Assembly: GCA_035635355.1 (NCBI GenBank)
Contig: DASQBE010000157.1
Location: forward strand, 1 to 42,240
Origin: Candidatus Binatia bacterium
GTDB taxonomy: Bacteria; Eisenbacteria; RBG-16-71-46; SZUA-252
Length of the DNA stretch: 42,240 nt
Direction of reading: 5' to 3'
A program made the position numbers and the translations under genes. How positions within the stretch are numbered: the first letter of the stretch is position 1; each line of letters starts with the position of its first letter. This document shows, in pieces, positions 28,472 through 36,459 of this stretch. The notes beneath the pieces were generated by a model, which ran no database searches, had not been told where the DNA came from, and saw nothing but the letters and a program-made list of their open reading frames with translations.

Positions 28472-30241
28472 ATGTGCAGCCGCGGGTTGTGGCGTCTAGC
28501 CGTGTGTCTGCTCCTCGTTGGTGGATGCGCCGGATCAAGCCGCATGTCTCAGACCCCTCCGCTATCCCTTCAGGTCACCATGGAGCGCACAGAGTTCCTT
28601 CCGGGCGAGCCGATCCTCGTAGCTGTAACCGTCGTGAACCGGAGTTCAGGGGTCGTCGAGCACGTCGCGGACTTGAGCGTCGAGAGCGGGCGCCTCGGTT
28701 TTTCTCTCCAGGGAGTCTCCGGGAGGCCAGCGCACACGCGCGCGTTGGGAGCCATGATCCTGTTTCCCGAAGGTCACCGCCTTGGACCAGGCGAGCGTAT
28801 ATGCGAGGTGATCGACCTCACGGCTCATTTTCAGGAGCTGGCGAGGCCCTTCATCGATCACGGTCGCGTCCTTCCAGCGCCCGCATTCCAACCCGGGAAC
28901 TACACGTTGAGCGCTGCATCTAATCCGCTCTTGATGGAGCCGTATGGCCCTCGGCCATTCCTCTGCATTGAGGCCAGGCCTGTGACCTTCACGGTTAGCG
29001 ACACATCGGCGATCCCCGCGTCCGAGGCCGCGGCGATCGAGGCTCTCCGGCTCGCCGTTCCCCGGCGCCAAGCATCCAGGGAAGAATGGAGCGAGATCCA
29101 GACTCGCTATGCCGCGTCTCGATTTCTGCTGCCGCTCGTTCGAGCTCGATCCGGGAACAGCGTTCCGATCGCACCGCTTGCAGATACGTGCCTGGCTCAG
29201 GGCCGTCCCCTGAGCGCCGCAGCGATACTCCAGTGGCGCGTGACGAGTCTGGCGAACAACGAGGAATTCCGCTCGTGCGAAGCCTGGCTGAAGCAGAGGG
29301 AACGCGACCCGTACGAACGAGAGCTCTCCTGTTTCCTGCGCGCCTGGCGCGAGAGGATCCAAGTGTTGCAGCGTCATCATCGGTGGGAGCAAGAAGGCGC
29401 TCGCCGGCGCGCCGCTCCGGGGTCGCCTCCGATGACGAAGACAGGGTCGATCTCGGGACATGTGACCGACGTCCTTGGACGGCCGTTGGCCTATGCGAAC
29501 GTTCTGCTTCGAGGGACTCACATCGGCGGGAGCGCAAATGCCGAGGGCGACTACTTCATCCTCGGGGTGCCGGTAGGCTCGCACCTCCTCTGGTCGAGGT
29601 CCATGGGATACACGCCAATGGATCGCGTCGTTAACGTGACATCCGGTGGAGTGGCGAAGGTGGACTTCAGCCTCGATGAGCTGCCCACCAAGACATACGG
29701 CAATTACATCCGCTCGGTGCCGTGGGGATCACCTGAAAGCGTGGTGGCGCCCCGCCCCAGCAGAACGGGGATCGACACGACGGATTGGCGATCTGTGCGG
29801 TGGGAGGTCCTCGGAAGGCCTTCGGTGATTCTGAAGATTCCTCGACAATGGGGCGAGCCCGTGAGATTCGCACCAGTGTTCGCAGCAAGCCGTGACAGGC
29901 GGTTGTGGACGGGTGGCGGTCGGAGATTCCTCTTCTATGCTACGGAGGAACGGAGCATCTGTCCCCCCGATTCGGTTCGATCCGGTTATCGGGAATGCTC
30001 CGACACCCTCGCGGGTGTGCCCTTTCGGATCGCCACGATGTTCGATGTACGGGATAGCCTCTATCACGTCACCGCGATCAGTGAATCCCCCACCGGCGGA
30101 ATCTTCTCGGCGGCCAGTGGGAGCTCTCGCTACGTGATGGACCAGAGGCTCTTCCTGACCGTCCTGCGATCCGCGCGTCTCGCCCCTACCGCAGATTCCC
30201 CTCTTCCAGCTGCGCCAGCGGCCTTCCGAGGTCGTCCATGA
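28472..30241 (+). CDS. Multidomain lipoprotein with a central carboxypeptidase-regulatory-like (CarboxypepD_reg) beta-sandwich. Function unknown.
   Basis: ATG at 28472 follows GGGAG. Lipobox LLVGGC. GSISGHVTDVLGRPLAYANVLLRGTHIGGSANAEGDYFILGVPVGSHLLWSRSMGYTPMDRVVNV matches CarboxypepD_reg. GC and GC3 are lower than in the flanking genes. Confidence 0.6.
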   Translation: MCSRGLWRLAVCLLLVGGCAGSSRMSQTPPLSLQVTMERTEFLPGEPILVAVTVVNRSSGVVEHVADLSVESGRLGFSLQGVSGRPAHTRALGAMILFPEGHRLGPGERICEVIDLTAHFQELARPFIDHGRVLPAPAFQPGNYTLSAASNPLLMEPYGPRPFLCIEARPVTFTVSDTSAIPASEAAAIEALRLAVPRRQASREEWSEIQTRYAASRFLLPLVRARSGNSVPIAPLADTCLAQGRPLSAAAILQWRVTSLANNEEFRSCEAWLKQRERDPYERELSCFLRAWRERIQVLQRHHRWEQEGARRRAAPGSPPMTKTGSISGHVTDVLGRPLAYANVLLRGTHIGGSANAEGDYFILGVPVGSHLLWSRSMGYTPMDRVVNVTSGGVAKVDFSLDELPTKTYGNYIRSVPWGSPESVVAPRPSRTGIDTTDWRSVRWEVLGRPSVILKIPRQWGEPVRFAPVFAASRDRRLWTGGGRRFLFYATEERSICPPDSVRSGYRECSDTLAGVPFRIATMFDVRDSLYHVTAISESPTGGIFSAASGSSRYVMDQRLFLTVLRSARLAPTADSPLPAAPAAFRGRP

Positions 30242-30986
30242 GCTGCAGCGTCCGCCCGATGATCCGATAGCGGCGGGTCTGGTTCAGCGCGCGCAGGAAC
30301 GCTGTCTCGGTCTCGATCGAGACACACGCCATCTGAGTCGTGTTGAGGCCGCGGAAGCGCAGGGCGTCGCGGCCGCTCTCGTACGAGCCGGTGATCCGGT
30401 TGCAGCCTCCCGAGCCGGTGACGCGCTGCGCACGGGGATCCAACTGGATCCAGGGCTCCCGCTCGTGCCCGGAGATGACCACCGGGCGATCTCCGATGCG
30501 GATCGAGCGCCAGCGCGTGTTGCCGAGCTCGGCCTCGACTCGGGATTTCCGGTTCTCCTTCGGTCTCCGATCCTCATGCGGCTTGGTGGCCACGCGGCGC
30601 ATGAGCACGATGACCTCCCGGCCCCGCCCATGCGACTTGGTCGAGAAGGCCTTGCTGCCCGTGAAAAGAAGTTGCCCCTTCTCCTGGATGCTCGCGCGCA
30701 CGACGCAATGCCTCGGCGCGTCGATTCGACTCGGGTCGTAGGTGATCTCGAACGCGAGCGGCACCTGGCCGGGGTTCTTCTTGCGGAACCGCGCGATCAC
30801 CTTGGCGGACGCGTCCTCCAGCGTCGCCTCGAACACAGCGCCCGGTGGGAGCGCCATGCGCTCGCGGTAGGTCGCGGAGCCGGCGATGGTGACCCTGTCG
30901 GAGGCACACGCACGCCGGGGCGCCGACGCGACCATGCCCAGAAGAAGCAAGAACACGAGTGAGCTTCGAAGCACGCGCGGGATCAT
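30186..30986 (-). CDS. Secreted fusion protein with a YbaY-like (lipo-like) domain and a META/HslJ domain.
   Basis: Signal peptide SLVFLLLLGMVASA. N-terminal half: VTIAGSATYRERMALPPGAVFEATLED. C-terminal half: WRSIRIGDRPV...RVTGSGGCNRITGSYESGRDALRFRGLNTTQMACV...ETAFLRAL...YRIIGRTLQLMD, which is the META pattern. AAGGAGC RBS. Confidence 0.7.
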   Translation of the reverse strand: MIPRVLRSSLVFLLLLGMVASAPRRACASDRVTIAGSATYRERMALPPGAVFEATLEDASAKVIARFRKKNPGQVPLAFEITYDPSRIDAPRHCVVRASIQEKGQLLFTGSKAFSTKSHGRGREVIVLMRRVATKPHEDRRPKENRKSRVEAELGNTRWRSIRIGDRPVVISGHEREPWIQLDPRAQRVTGSGGCNRITGSYESGRDALRFRGLNTTQMACVSIETETAFLRALNQTRRYRIIGRTLQLMDDLGRPLAQLEEGNLR

Positions 30987-31013
30987 CGAAAGCTCCTTTG
31001 GTTGAGCTGAGAT

Positions 31014-33548
31014 CTACTTCACCACCACGTTGACAAGCCTGCCCGGCACGATGATGACCTGCGCGACCGTCTTCCCCGCCGCGTACGAGCGCACCTTGGG
31101 GTCCGCCAGGGTGGCCGATTCGATGGCTGCCTTGTCGGCGCCGGTGGGCACCTCGATGCTCGAGCGCACCCTCCCGTTGACCTGGACCACCAGCGAGACC
31201 GTGTCGCTCTCCAGGGCCTCCTGCGAGGCTTGCGGCCAGCCCGCGACGAAGATGGATCCAGCCCCGCCGAGGGTTTGCCAGGCTCCTTCGGCGGTGTTGG
31301 GGGCGAGGGGCGAGAGCAGGCGGGTCCCCAAGCTCATGGCTTCCTTGACCTCGGGGGCTGTCATATCTCCACCAGCATCACGATATTCGTCCATTGCGTT
31401 CACAAACTGCATCATGCCGCTCACGGCCGTATTCAAATGCAGGCGGTCCATGTCGGCCAGGATCTGGGACGCGAGCTGGTGGACCCTGCGTCGTAGCTCG
31501 CGGCGCAGGCCTGATGGCGCCCAGTTGCTCGTTGGCGTAGGGGCGCTGATATTGGGCAACGTTCCAGGCCCGTATGCGCCAAGCACATCCAGCACCAGCT
31601 TCCAGTATCTCTGCAAGAACCGATACGCGCCCTCCACGCCGCGGTCGTTCCACTCGGCGTCCTTCTCCGGCGGACCGATGAAGAGCGTGTAGAGGCGCAC
31701 GGTGTCGGTGCCGTAGCGCTCGATCAGGTTGTCGGGCGCGACCGTGTTCTTCTTCGACTTGGACATCTTGATGCCGTTCTTCGTGATCATGCCCTGCGTG
31801 AAGAGCCGCTCGAAGGGCTCGGAGAAGGAAACCAGCCCCATGTCGCGCAGGACCTTCACGATGAACCGCGAATACAAGAGATGCAGGATCGCGTGCTCGA
31901 CGCCGCCGATGTACTGGTTGACGGGGAGCCAGCGGTTCACCGCCGGGGTATCGAACGCCCGCTTGTCGTCCTTCGGGCTCAGAAAGCGCAGGAAGTACCA
32001 GCTGGAGTCCACGAAGGTGTCCATGGTGTCGGTCTCGCGCCGGGCCCTGCCCCCGCACCTGGGACACTTCGCGTTCAGGAACGCCTCGTTCGTGCGGAGC
32101 GGCGACTCCCCCGTCGGCTTGAACTCCACCTGGTCGGGCAGGAGCACCGGCAGCTCCGATTCCGGAACCGGCTGCACGCCGCACGCGTCGCAGTAGAGAA
32201 TGGGGATCGGCGCGCCCCAGTACCGCTGCCGGGAGATCAGCCAGTCGCGCAGGCGGTAGTTCACGCGCGCCTCCCCGGCTCTCTTCGCCTCCAGCGCCTC
32301 CACGATCGCCTTCTTCCCCGCCGCGCTCGCGAGCCCGTCGAAATTCCCCGAGCTCACCAGCTTCCCTTCCCCTTCGGTCGCGGCGCTTCCGTCGAACACG
32401 GGGCCCTCGGTCGCCCGCACCACCTCCACGATCGGGAGCTTGTACTTCGTCGCGAACTCGAAGTCGCGCTGGTCGTGCGCGGGCACGGCCATGATCGCGC
32501 CGGTGCCGTAGCCCATCAGGACGTAGTTCGCGATCCAGACCGGGATGGTTTTGCCGGTCAAAGGATGCACGGCGTGGATCCCCGCCTCGGCGCCCTCCTT
32601 CTCGGTCTCGACCAGGAACCGGTTCGTGACCCGTTCCTTCTTGAGCTTCTCCACCAGGGCCCGAGCGCCCTTGGGGAGCTTCCCGTCCGCGCGCAGCTTG
32701 GCCACGAGCGGGTGCTCGGCCGCCAGCACGACGTAGGTCGCGCCGAAGAGCGTGTCGGGCCGGGTGGTGAAGACCTCGATCGCGTCCTGGGAGCTCTCGA
32801 TGGGAAAGCGGATGGTCGCGCCCTCGCTCCGGCCGATCCAGTTGGTCTGCATCGTCCGGACCTTCTCGGGCCAGTGGTCGAGCTGCTCCAGATCGTGGAG
32901 CAGAGGCTCGGCGTAGGCGGTGATCTTGAAGTACCACTGCTCCAGGTCGCGGATCTCCACCGTCGTGCCGCAGCGCTCGCACGCGCCGTCCACCACCTGC
33001 TCGTTCGCGAGCACGGTGTTGCAGGAGGGGCACCAGTTCACGGCGCCCTTCGCGCGGTACGCCAGCCCTCGCCCGTAGAGCTTGAGGAACAGCCACTGGG
33101 TCCACTTGTAGTACGAGGGATCGCACGAAGCGATCTCGCGGTCCCAGTCGTAGGCCAGCCCCCAATGAACCAGCTGCTCCTTCATCCGGGCGATGTTCTT
33201 CTTGGTCCAGGTCGCGGGATGGATCTTGTTCGCGATGGCCGCGTTCTCCGCGGGCAGCCCAAACGCGTCCCACCCCATCGGCGTCAGCACCGCGTGCCCC
33301 TGCATGCGCTTCAGCCGCGTGACGACGTCGCCCAGGATGTAGTTCCGGCCGTGTCCCACGTGGAGGTCCCCCGAGGGATACGGGAACATGTTCAGGCAAT
33401 AGAAGGGGCGCTCCGCCCTCATGGGATCGCGGATCTCGAACAGCCCTTCGTCCTTCCAGAGCTTCCGCGCCTCGCGCTCCAGCTCGTGGGGCCGGTAGAG
33501 GTCCTTCGCCCGGGTCCCTGGTTCGTCGTCTCGAATGGACTTACCCAC
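31014..33548 (-). CDS. leuS: Leucine--tRNA ligase.
   Basis: [15 protein letters not shown] (HIGH), CPSC...CERC zinc site, MSKSKKN (KMSKS), and CP1 editing-domain motifs. GTG start overlaps the holA stop. Confidence 0.96.
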   Translation of the reverse strand: MGKSIRDDEPGTRAKDLYRPHELEREARKLWKDEGLFEIRDPMRAERPFYCLNMFPYPSGDLHVGHGRNYILGDVVTRLKRMQGHAVLTPMGWDAFGLPAENAAIANKIHPATWTKKNIARMKEQLVHWGLAYDWDREIASCDPSYYKWTQWLFLKLYGRGLAYRAKGAVNWCPSCNTVLANEQVVDGACERCGTTVEIRDLEQWYFKITAYAEPLLHDLEQLDHWPEKVRTMQTNWIGRSEGATIRFPIESSQDAIEVFTTRPDTLFGATYVVLAAEHPLVAKLRADGKLPKGARALVEKLKKERVTNRFLVETEKEGAEAGIHAVHPLTGKTIPVWIANYVLMGYGTGAIMAVPAHDQRDFEFATKYKLPIVEVVRATEGPVFDGSAATEGEGKLVSSGNFDGLASAAGKKAIVEALEAKRAGEARVNYRLRDWLISRQRYWGAPIPILYCDACGVQPVPESELPVLLPDQVEFKPTGESPLRTNEAFLNAKCPRCGGRARRETDTMDTFVDSSWYFLRFLSPKDDKRAFDTPAVNRWLPVNQYIGGVEHAILHLLYSRFIVKVLRDMGLVSFSEPFERLFTQGMITKNGIKMSKSKKNTVAPDNLIERYGTDTVRLYTLFIGPPEKDAEWNDRGVEGAYRFLQRYWKLVLDVLGAYGPGTLPNISAPTPTSNWAPSGLRRELRRRVHQLASQILADMDRLHLNTAVSGMMQFVNAMDEYRDAGGDMTAPEVKEAMSLGTRLLSPLAPNTAEGAWQTLGGAGSIFVAGWPQASQEALESDTVSLVVQVNGRVRSSIEVPTGADKAAIESATLADPKVRSYAAGKTVAQVIIVPGRLVNVVVK

Positions 33549-34494
33549 GGATGGCCTGCCTCACCGTTTGAACGAGCGCCGACGCCAGCTCGGTGTCCCG
33601 GATCTCGCCGCGCTTGAGCGCCCGGTCGGCCTGGTACACCTGGTCGAGCACCGCGCGCGCCTTGATCCGCGCCAGCGGCACCGCGGGCCGGGCGCGACGA
33701 TAGTAGAAGCTCTGCGGCTCGAGCGCCGCCAGCGCGCACTCCGCCAGCGCCCAGAGGGCGCTCGTCCCGCCCACCCCCTCGCGCGCCAGCGCCTCGGTCT
33801 CCGCGCGCGCCTCGGAGGCGCTTCCGCCGAGGACGGCCTGGGCCCAGCGGTCCACCGAGGCCCCGGCCCTCGCATCCCGCAGCGCGTCCAGGGCGCGCGC
33901 GGGAAGGCGGCCCCCGGCGTCGGCGTGCGCGGCGAGCTTCCGCATCTCCTGCCGGAAGGAGAGGAGGTCGGGGGTCGCGCGGAAGATCGTCTCCACGGTG
34001 GCCCCGGGCAGCTTCACCCCTTCCTCGCGGGCGATGAGCTCCGCCCACTCCGGCCCTTCCCCGCCGCGCAAGCGGCACGTCACGGTCGTCGCCACCGCGG
34101 CCAGGGCGCCCAGGAACTTGAGCTCGTCGATATCGCGCGCGGTCGTGAGGAGCACCGTCACGCCCTCCCCCGGCGCGCCCGCCCACGCGAGTAGCGCTTC
34201 CTCCGTGGCGTTCCCCATCTTCGATCCCTCGCGAATCCAGATCCGGCGCGCGGCGCCGAAGAGGGACAGCGTCGCAAATGCGCTCGCCAGGGTCTCGGCC
34301 GTGAGCGCGTCCCCTTCCAGGCGCTGGAACTCGGCCCCCTCGGCTTCGGCGCCCTCGCGAAACGCCCGCATGAGGCGCTCGCGCAGGAACTCTTCGGGCC
34401 CCGCGCCCAGCACGATCGCGGGGATCCCGGACGCGGGCCCGCGCAGCATCGGCTCCGCCTCGCGCGGGGAGCGCGCGCCTTCGCCCTTCACCAT
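33541..34494 (-). CDS. holA: DNA polymerase III delta subunit.
   Basis: About 317 aa with the layout typical of HolA ([14 protein letters not shown]...[12 protein letters not shown]...). Positioned between the lptE-like gene and leuS, a neighbourhood known from proteobacteria. The identification rests partly on this synteny. Confidence 0.65.
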   Translation of the reverse strand: MVKGEGARSPREAEPMLRGPASGIPAIVLGAGPEEFLRERLMRAFREGAEAEGAEFQRLEGDALTAETLASAFATLSLFGAARRIWIREGSKMGNATEEALLAWAGAPGEGVTVLLTTARDIDELKFLGALAAVATTVTCRLRGGEGPEWAELIAREEGVKLPGATVETIFRATPDLLSFRQEMRKLAAHADAGGRLPARALDALRDARAGASVDRWAQAVLGGSASEARAETEALAREGVGGTSALWALAECALAALEPQSFYYRRARPAVPLARIKARAVLDQVYQADRALKRGEIRDTELASALVQTVRQAIRG

Positions 34495-35051
34495 CCCTGC
34501 ACCGTGCGGCTCACGATCCGGTCGGTCAGCTTCTGGATCACGTCTTTCCTTCCGTCGGTCTCGGTCTGCGCGGGCTGCGTGCCCACCGGGACCACATTGT
34601 ACGTGGTCCGCACCGTGAGGGCGTCGTCCTTCCAGAGGTCGCGGTTCTTGACCATGTCGCGGAAGGTGACGGACACGGTGAGCACGATCTCGTACTCGGT
34701 GGCGCGCTCCGTGGTGGTGTACCCGAAGACCTGGTTCTTGTAGGCCACGACGGTCCCGCGCAGCACGGCGTTCGCGTCACGCTCCTGGGCGATGCGGAGG
34801 CTCCGGTCCGAGAGGAACCCGTTCACCAGGGATTGCGTGATGTCGTCGGCGAGGCCGAACTCGACGGTGCTGTTTCCGAGGACGGGTATGGCCAGGGTCT
34901 TGAGATGCGACGGAAGGGTGCTGCGAACCGTGTAGGCGCACCCGCCCGCGAGGGCGGCGAGGGCGAGCGCGATCCCGAGCCTCTTCTTCAGGCCCGGGGT
35001 GAAACCGGAGGTCCTACCCCGCATCCGCGGCGGGCGTGTCCTGGAAGCCAT
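34488..35051 (-). CDS. lptE: LptE-like LPS-assembly lipoprotein. The start is uncertain (ATG at 35051 or 35024).
   Basis: Lipobox LAALAGGC followed by AYTVRSTLPSHLKTLAIPVLGNST...DDITQSLVNGFL, as in LptE/RlpB. Adjacent to holA and leuS. Confidence 0.6.
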   Translation of the reverse strand: MASRTRPPRMRGRTSGFTPGLKKRLGIALALAALAGGCAYTVRSTLPSHLKTLAIPVLGNSTVEFGLADDITQSLVNGFLSDRSLRIAQERDANAVLRGTVVAYKNQVFGYTTTERATEYEIVLTVSVTFRDMVKNRDLWKDDALTVRTTYNVVPVGTQPAQTETDGRKDVIQKLTDRIVSRTVQGW

Positions 35052-36444
35052 AGAGTTTCATTCGGTATCTCAGCTTGTCCCTCTTCATTTGGAGCAGCGC
35101 CGCCGTCCGGCTCTGGTTCCCCCCGGAGCGATCGAGCGCGCGCTGGATGATATCGCGTTCCATCTGTCCCAGGAGGCCCTCGAGATCGAATCCGTCCTCG
35201 GGGATCTGCCCGCTCTCCAGCACCGAGCGCAGCGTCTGGATCGTGGAGGAGTCGCTCCTGGAGGGAGCGGGAGCGATGGCGCTCCGCAGATGCTCCGTCA
35301 CGATCCGGTTCCCCTGGGACAGAAGCACGATCCGCTCGAACAGGTTTCGCAGCTCCCGGATGTTCCCGGGCCAAGGATACGACATTAACACCTGTTCCGC
35401 GCTGGAATCGATGGCCTCGAAATTCTTGCCGAACTGACGGTTGAATTGCGCCAGGAAATGCTTGGCCAGGGGCAGGATGTCCTCCCGCCGCTCGCGGAGC
35501 GGAGGGACCCGGATGGGCACCACCTTGAGGCGGTAGAAGAGGTCCTCGCGGAAGCGCTGCTCGCGCACCATCGTCTCGAGATTCTGGTTGGTGGCGGAGA
35601 TGACGCGGACGCTCACGGTGATGTCCTTCGTTCCGCCGACGCGCTTGAAGGTCATGCGCTCGAGGACGCGGAGGAGCTTCACCTGGATGCTGAGCATCAT
35701 CTCCCCCACCTCGTCCAGGAAGAGGGTGCCGCCGTTGGCCAATTCCAGCAATCCCTGCTTCTGCTGGCGCGCGTCGGTGAAGGCGCCCTTCTCGTGCCCG
35801 AACAGCTCCGATTCCAGGAGCTCGCGGGGAATGGCCGCGCAGTTCACCTCGAGCATGGGCTTGTCGCGCCGGGTCGAGAGCTCGTGGATCCAATGCGCGA
35901 TCAGCTCCTTCCCGGTGCCGCTCTCCCCCTCGATCAGCACGCTCGTGGAATCGCTCTGCGCGACCTGCTCGACGATCGTGTACACGTGCTGCATCGCGGG
36001 GCTCTGCCCGCGGACGAACTCGCGGGAGAACTTCTGGCTCTTCTCCTGCCGGTGGTGCTGGACCTCGCGCCCGAGGCGCTGCGAGCCCAGCTCGCGCTCC
36101 AGCACGAGCAGGAGCTCCTCGCGGATCGGCTTCCCCTTGGTCAGGTAGTCCCGGGCGCCCAGCCGCATGGCCTGCACGGCGGTCTCGTGGTCCGGCTCGC
36201 CCGTGAGCATGACCACGACCTGCTCGGGCCACTGGGCTCGGATCCGCTCCAGCACCTGGATGCCGGTCAGGTCGGGGAGGCGGATGTCGAGCAGCACGAG
36301 ATCGGCCGGCTCCTTCTCGAGGATCTGGAGCCCGGCTTTCCCGGAATCCGCCGTGAGGACCTGATACCCCTCCGCCTTCAGCTCGCGCGGAAGGAAGTGG
36401 CGGATCGTCTCGTCGTCATCGATGACCAGGACTGTTCCCTTCAT
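35014..36444 (-). CDS. Sigma-54-dependent NtrC-family response regulator (REC + AAA+ + Fis-type HTH).
   Basis: REC domain with VLVIDDD...LLDIRLPD. Walker A GESGTGKE. ELFGHEKGAFTDA (a GAFTGA-loop variant). RVISATN. C-terminal HTH GGNQSRTAALLQMKRDKLRYRMK. GAGGAG RBS. Confidence 0.9.
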   Translation of the reverse strand: MKGTVLVIDDDETIRHFLPRELKAEGYQVLTADSGKAGLQILEKEPADLVLLDIRLPDLTGIQVLERIRAQWPEQVVVMLTGEPDHETAVQAMRLGARDYLTKGKPIREELLLVLERELGSQRLGREVQHHRQEKSQKFSREFVRGQSPAMQHVYTIVEQVAQSDSTSVLIEGESGTGKELIAHWIHELSTRRDKPMLEVNCAAIPRELLESELFGHEKGAFTDARQQKQGLLELANGGTLFLDEVGEMMLSIQVKLLRVLERMTFKRVGGTKDITVSVRVISATNQNLETMVREQRFREDLFYRLKVVPIRVPPLRERREDILPLAKHFLAQFNRQFGKNFEAIDSSAEQVLMSYPWPGNIRELRNLFERIVLLSQGNRIVTEHLRSAIAPAPSRSDSSTIQTLRSVLESGQIPEDGFDLEGLLGQMERDIIQRALDRSGGNQSRTAALLQMKRDKLRYRMKLYGFQDTPAADAG

Positions 36445-36459
36445 GCAGGCTCCTCGCTC

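Noticed and set aside
31360-31620. A local GC dip in the 3' part of leuS (30/60 GC at 31381-31440, 34/60 at 31561-31620), considered as an extension of the atypical block and as evidence for a mosaic leuS.
   Set aside because: Neighbouring lines count 40-42/60, so the dip is patchy. It coincides with variable parts of the anticodon-binding region. Hand counts are insufficient to claim recombination.
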